Assembly (NCBI GenBank): GCA_036172245.1
Contig: JAYWIR010000086.1
Coordinates: 186,001 to 250,000 of the forward strand
Origin: Raillietiella orientalis
Taxonomy: Eukaryota
Length of the DNA: 64,000 nucleotides
Direction: 5' to 3'
Each line of letters starts with the position of its first letter. Positions within the stretch are counted from its first letter, which is position 1. This document shows positions 50,148 to 61,505 of the stretch, in pieces. A program made the position numbers and the translations under genes. The notes beneath the pieces are model-generated. The model was given only the letters and a program-made list of their open reading frames with translations, was not told the origin of the DNA and did not search any database.

Positions 50148-51148
50148 TTTTCATTTGGGGAAATCCGTAAAGTGTTTTTTGCATGTTGGCCATCCTGAGG
50201 AGTACAAGGTGTTTTCAAATTTGAATTTTTGAATGTAAGTGTTTTGCGTCTTTACGCTTGTATTTTAATGAGAACGTTTTGATACTATCTCGACAAAAAC
50301 ATTACAGTCTTATCAAGTCTCACAGTTAAATTTTTTCTCGCTGCTTGAAGTTACTTTTTTCATTTGCTGAACTCAATCATTTGTAAGTCTGGTCTTCAAA
50401 TAAGAAAATGAGTCTGGAGTTCGTGTTAGTTTGCAAATACGGATATACAAAGGTATACAGAAAAGAGGTGTAGTATTGCAAACAAGGAGCATACTCAGCA
50501 GCATTTTATCCGTCTAAATCCTTGAATAGAGATTCTAGAATGAAGTAGGCAACTAGAATGGCCTGGATGCAGTGCAGTGTGTTATAATAACTTTCGTATG
50601 AACAGGTTTATATTCTTCCGTTTTTTCCAATTTTGTGTGTGACGAACAACAGTCCATGGACTGAACAAGTTCTTTTTGGCTTGTCAAGAACTTGTAAACT
50701 CCAAGGATAGCATAACCAAAATCAAGCTAGAAATTTGCATATTTGATGTAATGGGAAATTAGCAACAGGTAATTTGAAAAGGGAGTGGGAGTACAACAAG
50801 GATGTTGAACTTGAACTGTGACAAAAAAATAACTTCACGGGAAACATTTTTAGGTTACAAAAGGCATGCATAAATGTGATCAATGAAGTATTGGGATATC
50901 ATTTTTGTGGACTCTGGCTTGATTATTATGTATCAAGAAAAGTCTTTGCGAATTATTTGTGTTAAATATAAACTGTTTTGTGTATTTTATGCTCATTTTT
51001 GAAGTGCTTTCTCTAAATTATGACTTTAAATAGAATTTATAGGAGAAAGAATTTTCCCTTCGCATTTCTTTGGATTGATGGTTTTGATAGTTTTTACTCA
51101 TTCAATAGGCCAGAACCTATACTGTAGTTCGTAGGAAAGGTTTTGGTG

Positions 51149-54100
51149 ATGAGCATAAGAACTTCACGATTCTTAAATTTAACAGCAGATGAAAAAGAAA
51201 GATTGATTAAAAAGCATGCCGAGATTTTTAGAAAGCAGAGGCTTAAAGAGGTAATCCTATTTAAAGTATTGCATGTGTTCTTTTTTTTGTGTGTGTGTAT
51301 GTGTGTGTGTTTTTGCTTTTCTGTTAAGTCATTTGACATTTGTGTATAATTAATGATTATTTGTAGGTTCAGATGGAAGCCAAAAATATGGAAAAGACTC
51401 TGCAGAATCGATTTTCCAGCAAGAAAGCAGCTATCTTGAAGAATATGTCAGATCAGATCACTGCACAGTTGACAGAATCCTTGAATCATGAGCTAGATAA
51501 ATTGCATGCATTGCAAAGTGAGAAAGCTTGCTGTATCGGAAAAGCATATCGTGAAGCAGAGATGTATAGGAAGGTATTTGATTTCTGTAAAATTCGTTGC
51601 CATTTGTTCCATGCTAGTATCTTGATGATTTAAGCTCTAAGGAAGATCTTAATGCTTCAAAAAGGATCAAAAGGGGAATTTCATCCTTGAGAAAGCTCCG
51701 AGAAGTGAGAAAAAACGAGGCGATAGAAAAGAATCAACACTTGTCGCACATGAGATTTGCTAGAAATGTTGAAAAAGTAAGTAACTTTTATCCCAAGATG
51801 TGTGTCTGATTTTTAAAGAAAACTCTCGTAAAATAACTGTATGCTAAAATTGAAGTATCCAGGAGAATTTGTTGTAAATGAAGACTTACAAGGGTTGAGT
51901 AATTGAACAAAATTTCTTTAGAATAGTCTAAAAGTAGTTTTTGAGAACACAGTGTTTTTTAAGGAAGATTAGCAATGTGTTTAACTATTAATTTGATGCG
52001 TGCAAATTTGCGAACATGCAAGTGCAAGTGACGGCATCATAAAATTTAATAATGTAAAATGTTAAAGAAGAATCTAAAGTTGTTATTGGAGGTTCAGAGG
52101 TCAAGAGTGCAAAAGTGCTCAACAAATGAAATCTGACCTAGATGCAAATTGGTGATTATTTTAGTAATGTTGGGATCCAAGACTTAGGTGTAGATAAAAA
52201 AGGATAGAAATAAAAGATCACTGAAAGTACATTCATTCTCTGGAAGGCAAAGTTATTTGCAGCAACCTGAAACAGTACTTTGACCAATTTTAATGCTAAG
52301 TTCAGAAAAGTGGCAGTTCATTTCATAAGGATGTGGAGGTGACAGCTCATGCAAAGTTAAAAATAATTGAAAATTTTGAGCCATAATTTGTTGATGTTTG
52401 CAAAGCTAACAAAGTTGACTAAGGTATCATATGGGTTGTCAGTATGGCAATGAGAAAAACAGAAACAGTCTTGTTGCAGTTGTGCTTCAGTATGCATTCC
52501 ATTTGTCACATTTTCAAATGTAGATGAGAAATTTCATATCAGTTTCTCCTTCAAAGAGAACTTAACAATACTGTTGAAGATTTGATTCCTTCTATTTACT
52601 GCAGTTAAATGATTGCAATCTGTGTATTCTGCAAAATTTGATGTACATGGTAACAAAAACTTGTGTTTATGAATGCTACAATCATCACTGTTATAGGAAT
52701 AAGGATATCCTTCAACTGGATTTTCTCGAGAAAAGTCCATTCTGAGTTTTGATTCTCACTCTGCTCTTGTTTAATTTTAAAATGACAACAATATTTTTCC
52801 CAAGCTACTTTGGTAAAACTGAAGATACCAAAGAAATAGAAACCATGAATTCAGTGATATGTTTCTGGAAAGATTTCAGCCCTTCTAGGGTGATTAAATT
52901 GTTCTTTAATAAAGGAAATGATCTGTAGAAAGTGTTGATTTGTAGAAATGCCCCAGTTGAGATCTAAACAATTTAAATTAGAAAGGAAATAAAGGTCTTA
53001 CTTATTTGATTTGATCAGTGTTATAACATTGACCAAATTACATCTCTCACAGAAATACGGAAATTCTGAAATTTTTCAGTCCATCTCTTCAGTGTTGAGC
53101 CATTTTTGAACTTCTAAATGCTTTTATTAAAATTTTTAAGCTTTTAAAGAAAAATGTATTTCATGCATGTGATTCATTTTATACACAATTACCATCACCA
53201 GTATTTTTTAAAAAATATCCAATATTTAAATTTTAATGAATGCAGTGATTTTTAGGGACTATCGAATTTGTTGTAGGTTAGACATCCTGTACGAATATAC
53301 CATATTATCTTCTCATTGCCTGTTGAGGTACTATCTTAAGTTTGCATTTGCAATTTGACTTTTAGTGTAAATCAAATAGACTTCCATATTTTAATTACCA
53401 TTGATGCATAATGATTGATTTGATTTGGTTAAATTTTCTGATTGCATTAGTATTTATGTGTTCTATATGTTTGGTTTTGTACAGGTGAGGACAGCAACTG
53501 TTCTTGCTGTTGGCAGACAAAGAGCTAATCAACCTGGAAGTGCAAAAAAAACTTCACAAGCAGCAAGAAGCATGCTTCAGATTTCCGTGTTTTCTCAAAA
53601 GAGCAGGTATGATGCTCGATATTTATTATATTATGGCACCACAGTTTCTAAAGGCAAAAGGAAAAGTCACTTGCTAGTTTATGAACTACAACACAGTCAA
53701 TACTTCACATAGAGCAATTTCACTCTGACTACCCAAACTCATTTAAGTTCATTGCAGTGCTTGATCCTTTGGATGTGTATGCATTGTGTGCACTAGGATG
53801 TTTTGCTTTCCGTACATTCGGTTAACTTTAATTATCTTTTCTGTGTATTTGTGTGTATTCCATGCCTTTTTGGTTAGAAATCTTTGAAAGAACTCCATAG
53901 TTTCATATGTGTAATTTGTAAATGCTTTTTGTTTCATTTTTAATTGAAATTTTTTTCGGAAACTTTTGTCCAGAAAAACAGCTTTTTGAAATTTTGTTGA
54001 ATTTTTTTTTCCAGTGCACTCCAGGATGTATCACCCAAAGATTATACATACCGCCATTATTATAAATTAATCAAACCAGTTCCTGCTATGACATTAAAGA

Positions 54101-57100
54101 CATCCATTGTAACATCAGTGAGTTGATTTTAGGATCATAATATGATGAACTGCATTTTCCTGAATTAAACATCTTTTCAATTCTGATTAAATATTATACA
54201 GAATCAGTTGAATAGATATTTTTCATTTCTTCAGGAAGATGCAAGGAAAATAGCATCTGCCTATGAGCAGTCTTTTGTAACAAAACTCGTGGAAAAGGAG
54301 CAAATTTGTGAATCTCTCATGAGGAAAACAGCATTTAGAGGGAGGCGTGCTCTCATGAGGGAACGTTTGAATCGGAAACACTCCAGGTTTCTAAATGCCT
54401 TAGAGCAATTGGAAAATAAAGATGTATTAGAATGGTTGCAGCCTACTGTAAGTAATTCGTATGCATTTCACAATTTCTTGGAATTCAGTTGCAAATGAAG
54501 ATTTGTAAATAGATTTTGAATTTTCGAAACAAATGATTTCGATAGATGTGAGTGATTCCAGATGATTTCTTCCAGTGCTTTTGGAAGATCTTTTAATTGG
54601 TTTTAAGTTAATGCTTACCTTAAGTATCTCAAGTAAAGTAAGAGAATCTGCTGGTGTTTCTGTTGGTATTTCTGTTTTCAAGTGGACGATGCTATGCATT
54701 ATTTTCTAGGAGGACAATAAAAAAGATTGCAATATGTCATCTTATCCCTGTTATTTACAAATGACACATCATGAGAAGTCCCCTGCTTCAGAAAGTAAGC
54801 TGATTATGTGGGATGTTAATAATTATAATGGGGAGGAGGAGTAAGCAGACACAATGCTGTTGTAATTACATGCATTCATTTTCAGGTCCTCCCTCAACTT
54901 GTCAGCTTACAATCAAAGAGGTCCTACAGAAGGCGGAGGAGTTTGTTTTTAGCAAAAGACGACAGCAGAAATATAAGTCTTCCAGGGAGCGTTTGGTGAG
55001 TATTCAGAATACAGGAAGTACAAATACATGTGATATGGAAAGGCCATATATTTATTCATTGAACTAATAAGCAACACACAAGTTTGAATATATTCGGTAC
55101 ATGGTAGATTCACTGTGGCACAGTGTTGATCCATCATGTAAAAAAAAGGATCACATAATCTGGCTTCTATTTAGTCTGCACAGCAGTTAAATGCACTTAA
55201 GTTGGGTAAACTGCAGTTGACAAATGCACTGACTAAGAGCAAATGATTGTTGACTCTGGAAGCTAGTTCTTGAACTTTGGTGCAGCCAAAGCTTATTCAG
55301 ACCTTTCCTTTTGTATGCTTTAAAGGATCGGAAATTTCGTTAATGCATGCACTGTCTCCAAAGTCTCCTTTCTGGACAATAACATCGACTTTTCTCTTTA
55401 ATAGTCATTTTTTTCAAAGTTGTCAGAGCTTTTCTTGGAGGATGAACGGGAAGCGAATGGTATTTGCAAACACTTGCATCAGCCAGATGGAACAGTGAAT
55501 TCGGCTGGGAGCCCAAAAGGTATTAAAATGGGATTTTTCTAGGCATCTTTCTATGGAAAAAAATCTGTAGAGAAAAATGGCACATTAAAGACTCAGCATG
55601 GTGTGGAAAATTCCACCAGTGCTTTGGCTGCTGCAAACTCCTTTTCTACCAATGATGATTTGATTTCTTCAGGACAGAGTTCTGAAAGCACAAAATATTT
55701 GGATCTTCCTTGTACTTTAAAGGATTCTGGTAACATAAAAATCACTGGTAACACTAATTAACGAATTGCACTATTTAAGTTGCTCTTAAAAAGAAGTCTT
55801 CGCATTTTGTGGTCCAAACCAACGTTCATGTCCCATGTTCGAGATTCCACAAGAAATACGTACCGAAAAAAGGTGGGTTCTGCAGAGAAATGTTGGTGAG
55901 ATACGTGAAGTTGGATCTTTAACTCGTATGATTGTCGAGGCAATATTTCCCCAAACTTTTGAATGTCAAACTTATTTTGGCCTCATAAACTATTTACCTT
56001 GGATTGCCAACAAAGCTTTATGCTTTGTTGTTGCCTGCGCAATTTAATGCACATTTCACTGCACTAGTGTTTCAACGTATTGCAATTGATTTTTTACATG
56101 CAGCATCAAGTGTGCAATTGCATTACCTAAGAAAAGCAAGTGTTCTTGACCTTAAATTGCACCGCTTGTAGCAATCGACTCGGCATATATCGATTGCTTT
56201 CAGTCATTCAAATTGTTATTTGCTCTTAGCATTTGCATATCATCCAGAATCAACTGTTCTAGAGAATTTTCATGCTGGCATAAATTTACTCAAGAGTTCA
56301 TGATGTACGTTCATGACTTGTGCACCCGTCGAAAAATGAACAACGGATGAATTTGGATGAATCTTTCTTCGTTTGCTGTCACATGTGACCAATACTGTGT
56401 TTGCATTAACAATTCAAATTGTCGTAATGGCATTGGTGTTCAAGTAACACAAGATGTATTCATTACAGTTGCACGGAAAAAACGCCAGAAACACTTCACA
56501 CGGAAACAGCCTCGGCAACGATTGCTCCAGAAGAAGGTTTGGAAATCAAGTGACATTCATCCAAATCTATCGTCTGATAAACAATCCGAGAGGACGGCAG
56601 TATTGAAAGACTTGGTGCTGACACACTACATTGACAGATTGCTATGTATGACAAGACAAGAAATAGAAGAACTTTCAGTCTCTTCCTGCAGTTCTCAGTC
56701 ACATTTGAGCTTGGAAATCAATGCAGAAGATTTCATTAGAAAAATTCATCCTAGCTCCCGAGTAGGTACATTTCCTGCTTTTAAGTTGTAACTATGGAAA
56801 CACTGACTGAAACAATAAATTGTAATGGAGTTGGAATTCTGGGCTAACCAAATGTACCATTTTGTTGTGATGCAGAATCAAGGTGGAGGATCCCCTGCAG
56901 TTACATTCACATCTGCACCTTCCCAAGAGATGAATTCAGACTGCATCCTTGCTACCTCTGTTTGCTCTACTGACACTGTGCAAGCACCCAAAAGTCACTC
57001 AAGCCAACGGAAGACCGTTTTGGAACATCTTTGCCAGGAAATTATCGCAAACAATGTGGTAAAAAGGAATATTCCCATGACTACACAGTCTCCAGTGGCC

Positions 57101-58157
57101 CATAAGTCCCCTGTAGTAGGAATCAGGAAATGTTCATCAGTCCCTGTTCTCCCTCTTCCCTGCACTTCTCAGCAAAATCACCTGACTGATGCAATCTGCA
57201 GAAAGCCAGATAGCCGTTTTAGCCAGGAGACAGCTTCTGATGAGCCCAACTTACCACTATCCTTTTCTGACATACAAGATATTGTAGAGGATGTTCATTT
57301 GGCATATAAACGATTGAAGACCCTCCTCTGTTCATCTTTTGGTGAGTCTAGCAGATGGTTCAGAGCACCTTAAAAAAAAGATAGCAGATCATACTAAAGG
57401 TACTAGGATCAGAGCCCTTGGGGGGCAGAGTGAATTTAGTAGCCAAGCTAAGCACTTGGAAGACAAAGTTGTGCAAGCTAATTTAGGATCTTCAGAGAGC
57501 TCCATAAAAGCAGGTGCCAGCACTCATCTGCTGCGCAAATGTGTGTGTCAAGGTAAACATTTGCTTTGTTTTAGGAAAGGTCTTTAAAGTGATGATGATC
57601 TAGCCCAAACAGAATGCAGGAAACAACTTTCATCGAAAGGGGAAAAGAAAGGGAAAATTTTCCCGTTCGAGAAACGAGGACACCTTCAGAAAGGGAACAA
57701 GGAGGAGGAAGAGAAGGTGCATTCCGGATCAAAGAATAGACCCGTTATTCAACAAGTACTATCCATTTTCCCTTCTGAAGAAGAGTCTGAAGTCTTGGCA
57801 TCTCACCAATACCGTTCTCCTCCACAGAGGTCTTCTCATTCAAATGATAGCAGCTGCTGCTTAAAACAACAATTTGAAGCACTGGCCCAAAAGCTATGGT
57901 TTGATAAGACTCCCACCAACAAAGCAGTGAAGGGGAATAAGCAGTTCAAACATGCTGTTACACACTGTGAAGCAGCAGCAGTCAAGCTTGGTTGGTTAGA
58001 TGGTTATTCAACTGTTACTTTGAAGTCGAGTTCTAGCAGTCTTTATAATCCCTCTGATCTGTGCATTTGTCCCCTTTCCCCCATAACTAGGTCACCCATG
58101 TTTTCCACCAGCAGCAGTGACACTTGTAATTACTTTCCAGCAAAAAGTTTCTCATAG
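51149..58157 (+). CDS. CEP295: Centrosomal protein CEP295 (KIAA1731)/Ana1-like
   Basis: Exons 51149-51250, 51367-51573, 51642-51776, 53485-53606, 54015-54117, 54235-54447, 54710-54794, 54886-54995, then less certain exons (~55420-55750, 56360-56765, 56880-57340, 57575-58157). N-terminus LNLTADEKERLIKKHAEIFRKQRLKEV..CIGKAYREA..ARNVEKVRTA..DARKIA..AFRGRRALMRERL parallels the CEP295 N-terminal domain (LRLSPNEE..RRRKLRLLQVREQ..MGEGHRQA..LVEKERSA..DARLAA..AHVRGFQAM). The assignment of the 3' exons to the same gene is inferred. Confidence 0.72.
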
Positions 58158-58217
58158 TATCATTAAACCAAACCAAAGGAAATGTTTATTGAATTCTTTT
58201 TTGTTTTCACAAATGCA

Positions 58218-59020
58218 TCAGTTCACAGCAGCAAAGTAGTCCTTGCTTTTGTTAACATCAGGGTTGATGGTTTTGCTTCCAGGCTTCCAGCCAATTGGGC
58301 AAACTTAGTTGATATTACAATGAGGTCACTTGCAAGTTTTTCTTATTTTTCCTTACCTTCTCCATATTTGTCCGTATGCTGCAAAGCTTGGACCAATCTA
58401 AGTGTTTCATCCACATCCCTGCCAACTGGTAGGTCATTAACAGTAATTTGGCGGAGGATGAGTTTTTCATCAATTATGAACAATCCACGGAGTGCTATAC
58501 CCTCATTCTCCTTGAATAACAGTTAAGCGGCTGTCACACCCCGAAGTAACACTTACTATGTAGACATTGTATGCTTTGGATATGTCTCCATTCTTATCTG
58601 CCAGAAGCGGTATATTTATGCTTCCCAACCCACCTTGTTTTCTGGGAGTGTTGATCCTAACGCACCTCCGCGTGCTCACGATTTTACTTCGATTCACTTA
58701 CCATGCGAGGTGGCTGAAGTGGCTGTCCGTGGAACACGCGATGACCTCGCAGTTTATCTTGCGAAATTCGTCCACGCGGTCGCTGAAGGCGATGATTTCC
58801 GTGGGGCACACGTACGTGCTATTGGGCTTTTCGAGTTAAGTGCACAAGCTAGAAATTTTGCGATTACTCACAAGTCCAGCGGGTAAAAGAAAAGCACCGT
58901 GTACTTTCCGGTGTAATCGAACAGGGATATCTGCCGGAATTCTCCGTTGACGACCGCTGTCCCTTCGAAAACGGGTGCAGGGCTGTGCACGGCGACCTTA
59001 TGAGCTGACACGACAGGCAT
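58218..59020 (-). CDS. PRDX2: Typical 2-Cys peroxiredoxin (Prx1/2, Jafrac1-like)
   Basis: Exons 59020-58872, 58818-58702, 58656-58557, 58510-58357, 58303-58218. [19 protein letters not shown] (peroxidatic Cys), [34 protein letters not shown] (resolving Cys), C-terminal YF. The PRDX1 versus PRDX2 paralog label is only approximate. Confidence 0.95.
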
Positions 59021-59889
59021 GGCAACCACTAGGGAAAAGAGCGAGTTGAGATTCGGCGAGGGACGACTCGGGTTTTTTTTCCTCCGCCCCCCTTTTTCCG
59101 AGCCCTGCTTCTGGGTGGGTGCGACTAAATACACTGCCATACTTACAACGGGAAGTTCCGTACTCTCTCTGCAAGGGGAAAGGCCAAACTGTGCACACAG
59201 CAGCCCACTGAAACACAGACGCGCCCGGGCAAGCTCGCAGCGACACTTCTGCCGGCAGCGCAGTGTTGCCCCACTACACGCCTGTGGCGCCGTCGCAACA
59301 CGTCCGGTTGTGTTTCCACGGGAATCATTCGTTCCAATTGGTCCGCAGTGCAAGCGGTGGTGACGCACCCTGAAGGTGTTGTTTCCAGCCGGCATTTTTT
59401 TATTTTCTTTCTTTTTTTGTTGCGACCCGATCTTTTTCGATTCGTTAGCATGCTGAACATCAAGTTGTTTGCAACGTACGTGTCACGTGGAGGCAAACAC
59501 GCACACGTTTCGTATGTCAACAGGTCGCCCTGTGTAGACTATATAGCATCCTATGTAGCCCTCGTGTGATCCGCACATGAGATCCAACCTATTCTGGACA
59601 GCAGCTGGCCTCCCCCCCACCCTACCCAGCGTCATTTCGTTACGTATCGTTTTTGCAGTGGCTCCCCTGCTCGTCCCTCTCCCCCCTTCCCTCCATGATG
59701 AAATGGACTCATCTTTTCATTTTATTTCATTTTTTACACGGGGTCTGTGGGGTGGGGGGACGGAGGTCTCCGGTCTGCGGGGCGGAATTCCCCTTTGCCG
59801 AATCTCTTTGATTCTACTGCGCCTGTACAAGCAAAACGCGCGTAGGATGGGGGGCACGTGTGTTCCCGAATGGAGGCGAAGGGCGGGCC

Positions 59890-60340
59890 GCTAAGTTTGG
59901 TTTCCAAGGAATGGCAATTGAGTGTAAACTATTAAAAAAAATAAAGAAAAAAACCTTCCCGGCAAACACACGGTGCTTCCCTTTTGGACCAGTGGACTCG
60001 CAAGTAATCGCGACTTCCTCACGTGCTTCCTCAAAAGGGAAGTGCTTCCTTCCCCGCTCCCCCAATAGCACCTTCGTGTGCCCCACGGGAATTCCTGCGT
60101 TCAGCGGTCGCGTCGGTGAATTTCGCAAGAGGTTGCCGCTTGTGCTACGGGCGGTCACCCCGGTCACCCAGCAGGCTTCTAAGAGTTTAACAGGCTGAGG
60201 CAGCACCGAAAAACAAGGATGGGATGCATTCCAGACGTGCTCCGATTTGCAACCGAAATTCGCGATGTGCTTTTTAATTTACGAATCTGCCGCCTCGATC
60301 TCCGACGTCCCACAAATGCGTCTCCCCGTGGCCGTATTTT
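59890..60340 (+). pseudogene. Inverted, degenerate duplicate of the adjacent peroxiredoxin gene
   Basis: 60061-60130 is 57/70 identical to the rc of 58757-58826, including the intron acceptor CCCAATAG, and encodes TFVCPTGIPAFSGRVGEFRK. The exon-1 end (GKHTV..PVDS|gcaagtaatcgc) and later pieces (EVAACATGGH, KQG, LRRPTNASPRGR) are recognisable but frameshifted. Confidence 0.85.
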
Positions 60341-60664
60341 CCATACCCCCACTGTGTTCTTTCTGTTCTTTGCTTACTTCATAGGTTGGGTGCTGATGTA
60401 AATGGTATAGGAAGCCGCCGCGGACGAGAGTCACAGAAGAAGCCCTGCACGTTTCTCTCTCAAGGTCTGCCTGGCGTCGCAGAAACTTTTGCAAGAGGAG
60501 CTGCTCCGGACAACATGATGTGGGGTTGCTTTGCCGACTGCCCTTTGTTTTTTTTTTTTTTTTGGTTCGCTGAGTACCTCAGAGCCGGTCGCATGCCTCG
60601 CGGCGCACGTGGCTCTTTTTTAAACATCAAACACACTGTTTTGTTTCCACGTTCCTCCGCCCGC

Positions 60665-61505
60665 GGCAACCCGCAGGGGGGCTTGTAATTCTTCAGTGTA
60701 ATTCTTCAGGATAGGGGGCACCCCGGGATGGGGGTCCTCCCTATGAATCCAGGAAGGGCTCGGAGTCCGTTCCTCTCACTCTTGGGGAGGCATCCTCCCC
60801 GGACGGGGGGGATCGCACCTCCAATCCTGGTTGTCTCCGAAGGGGAACCCCGAAGGGAATCTCCTTCCTCATTCTCTCCGGAGGGACACCCCCTGGGAGG
60901 GGGTGATCCTCTCCATTTCAACTTCTCCGAAGGGAACCCGGAAAGGATCCGCTTGCAGGAATTTCTTCTCCAGAGGGAACCCGCAAGGGAACCGCTCCTT
61001 TATTCACTCCTCTGAAGAGAACCCCGAAGGGATGCTTCCGAAACTCAGAAGGGGCGCTGCAGCTTCCCGCAGGGGATCGCTCTCGCTTGCTTCCTTGTGC
61101 ACTCTGTGAAGAGGCGACGACTCGGAGGGTCCCCCCCCGCAACGGGGAGGATCCGCTCCTTTGAACAACTGGAGAGGTGCCCGTGAGGGCTCCTGCTCCA
61201 TCTTGAAACCGGAGGGGTCCCCCGGTGGGAGGGAGTCCGCTCTCCGTTGCACGACTGGAGGGGGAACTCCTCACTCCTTGATTCCTGGGAGGACCCGAAG
61301 GTCGACTCCCATTGTTCCGGCCTTCATCGCGAGCCTAGGGGCTTTATCCACCGGCGATGCCACGCCCGGATGATTAGGTCAACTAGCGCCACCTTGCAGG
61401 AGAAACTCGGCACCCGACGACGCAGTGCCGTCAGAGTTTCTGCCGAAGTATTCGAACCCGCGACACACGGTGCCACACGCGAGAGCCTTAACCACAAGGC
61501 CTCCG
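60665..61505 (-). mobile_element. tRNA-derived SINE-like element, copy C, with expanded internal repeats
   Basis: The rc of 61435-61505 reads GGCCTTGTGGTTAAGGCTCTCGCGTGTGGCACCGTGTGTCGCGGGTTCGAATA (A-box and B-box-like). The body aligns to the rc of 17790-18320, sharing TGAATCCAGGAAGGGCTC, TTCCTCTCACTCTTGGG, CTGAAGAGAAC and TGATTCCTGG. Degenerate ~40-45-bp units contain CCC-GAA-GGG-type mini-hairpins. Confidence 0.72.

Noticed and set aside
49997..50218. 73-aa ORF
   Set aside because: It runs through the palindrome arm and has no homology or splice context.
58868..59395. N-terminally extended (targeting-peptide) peroxiredoxin
   Set aside because: The extension crosses an apparent intron acceptor (TTTTCCCTAG near 59030) and shows no convincing targeting pattern; ATG 59020 is preferred, though an upstream coding exon cannot be excluded.
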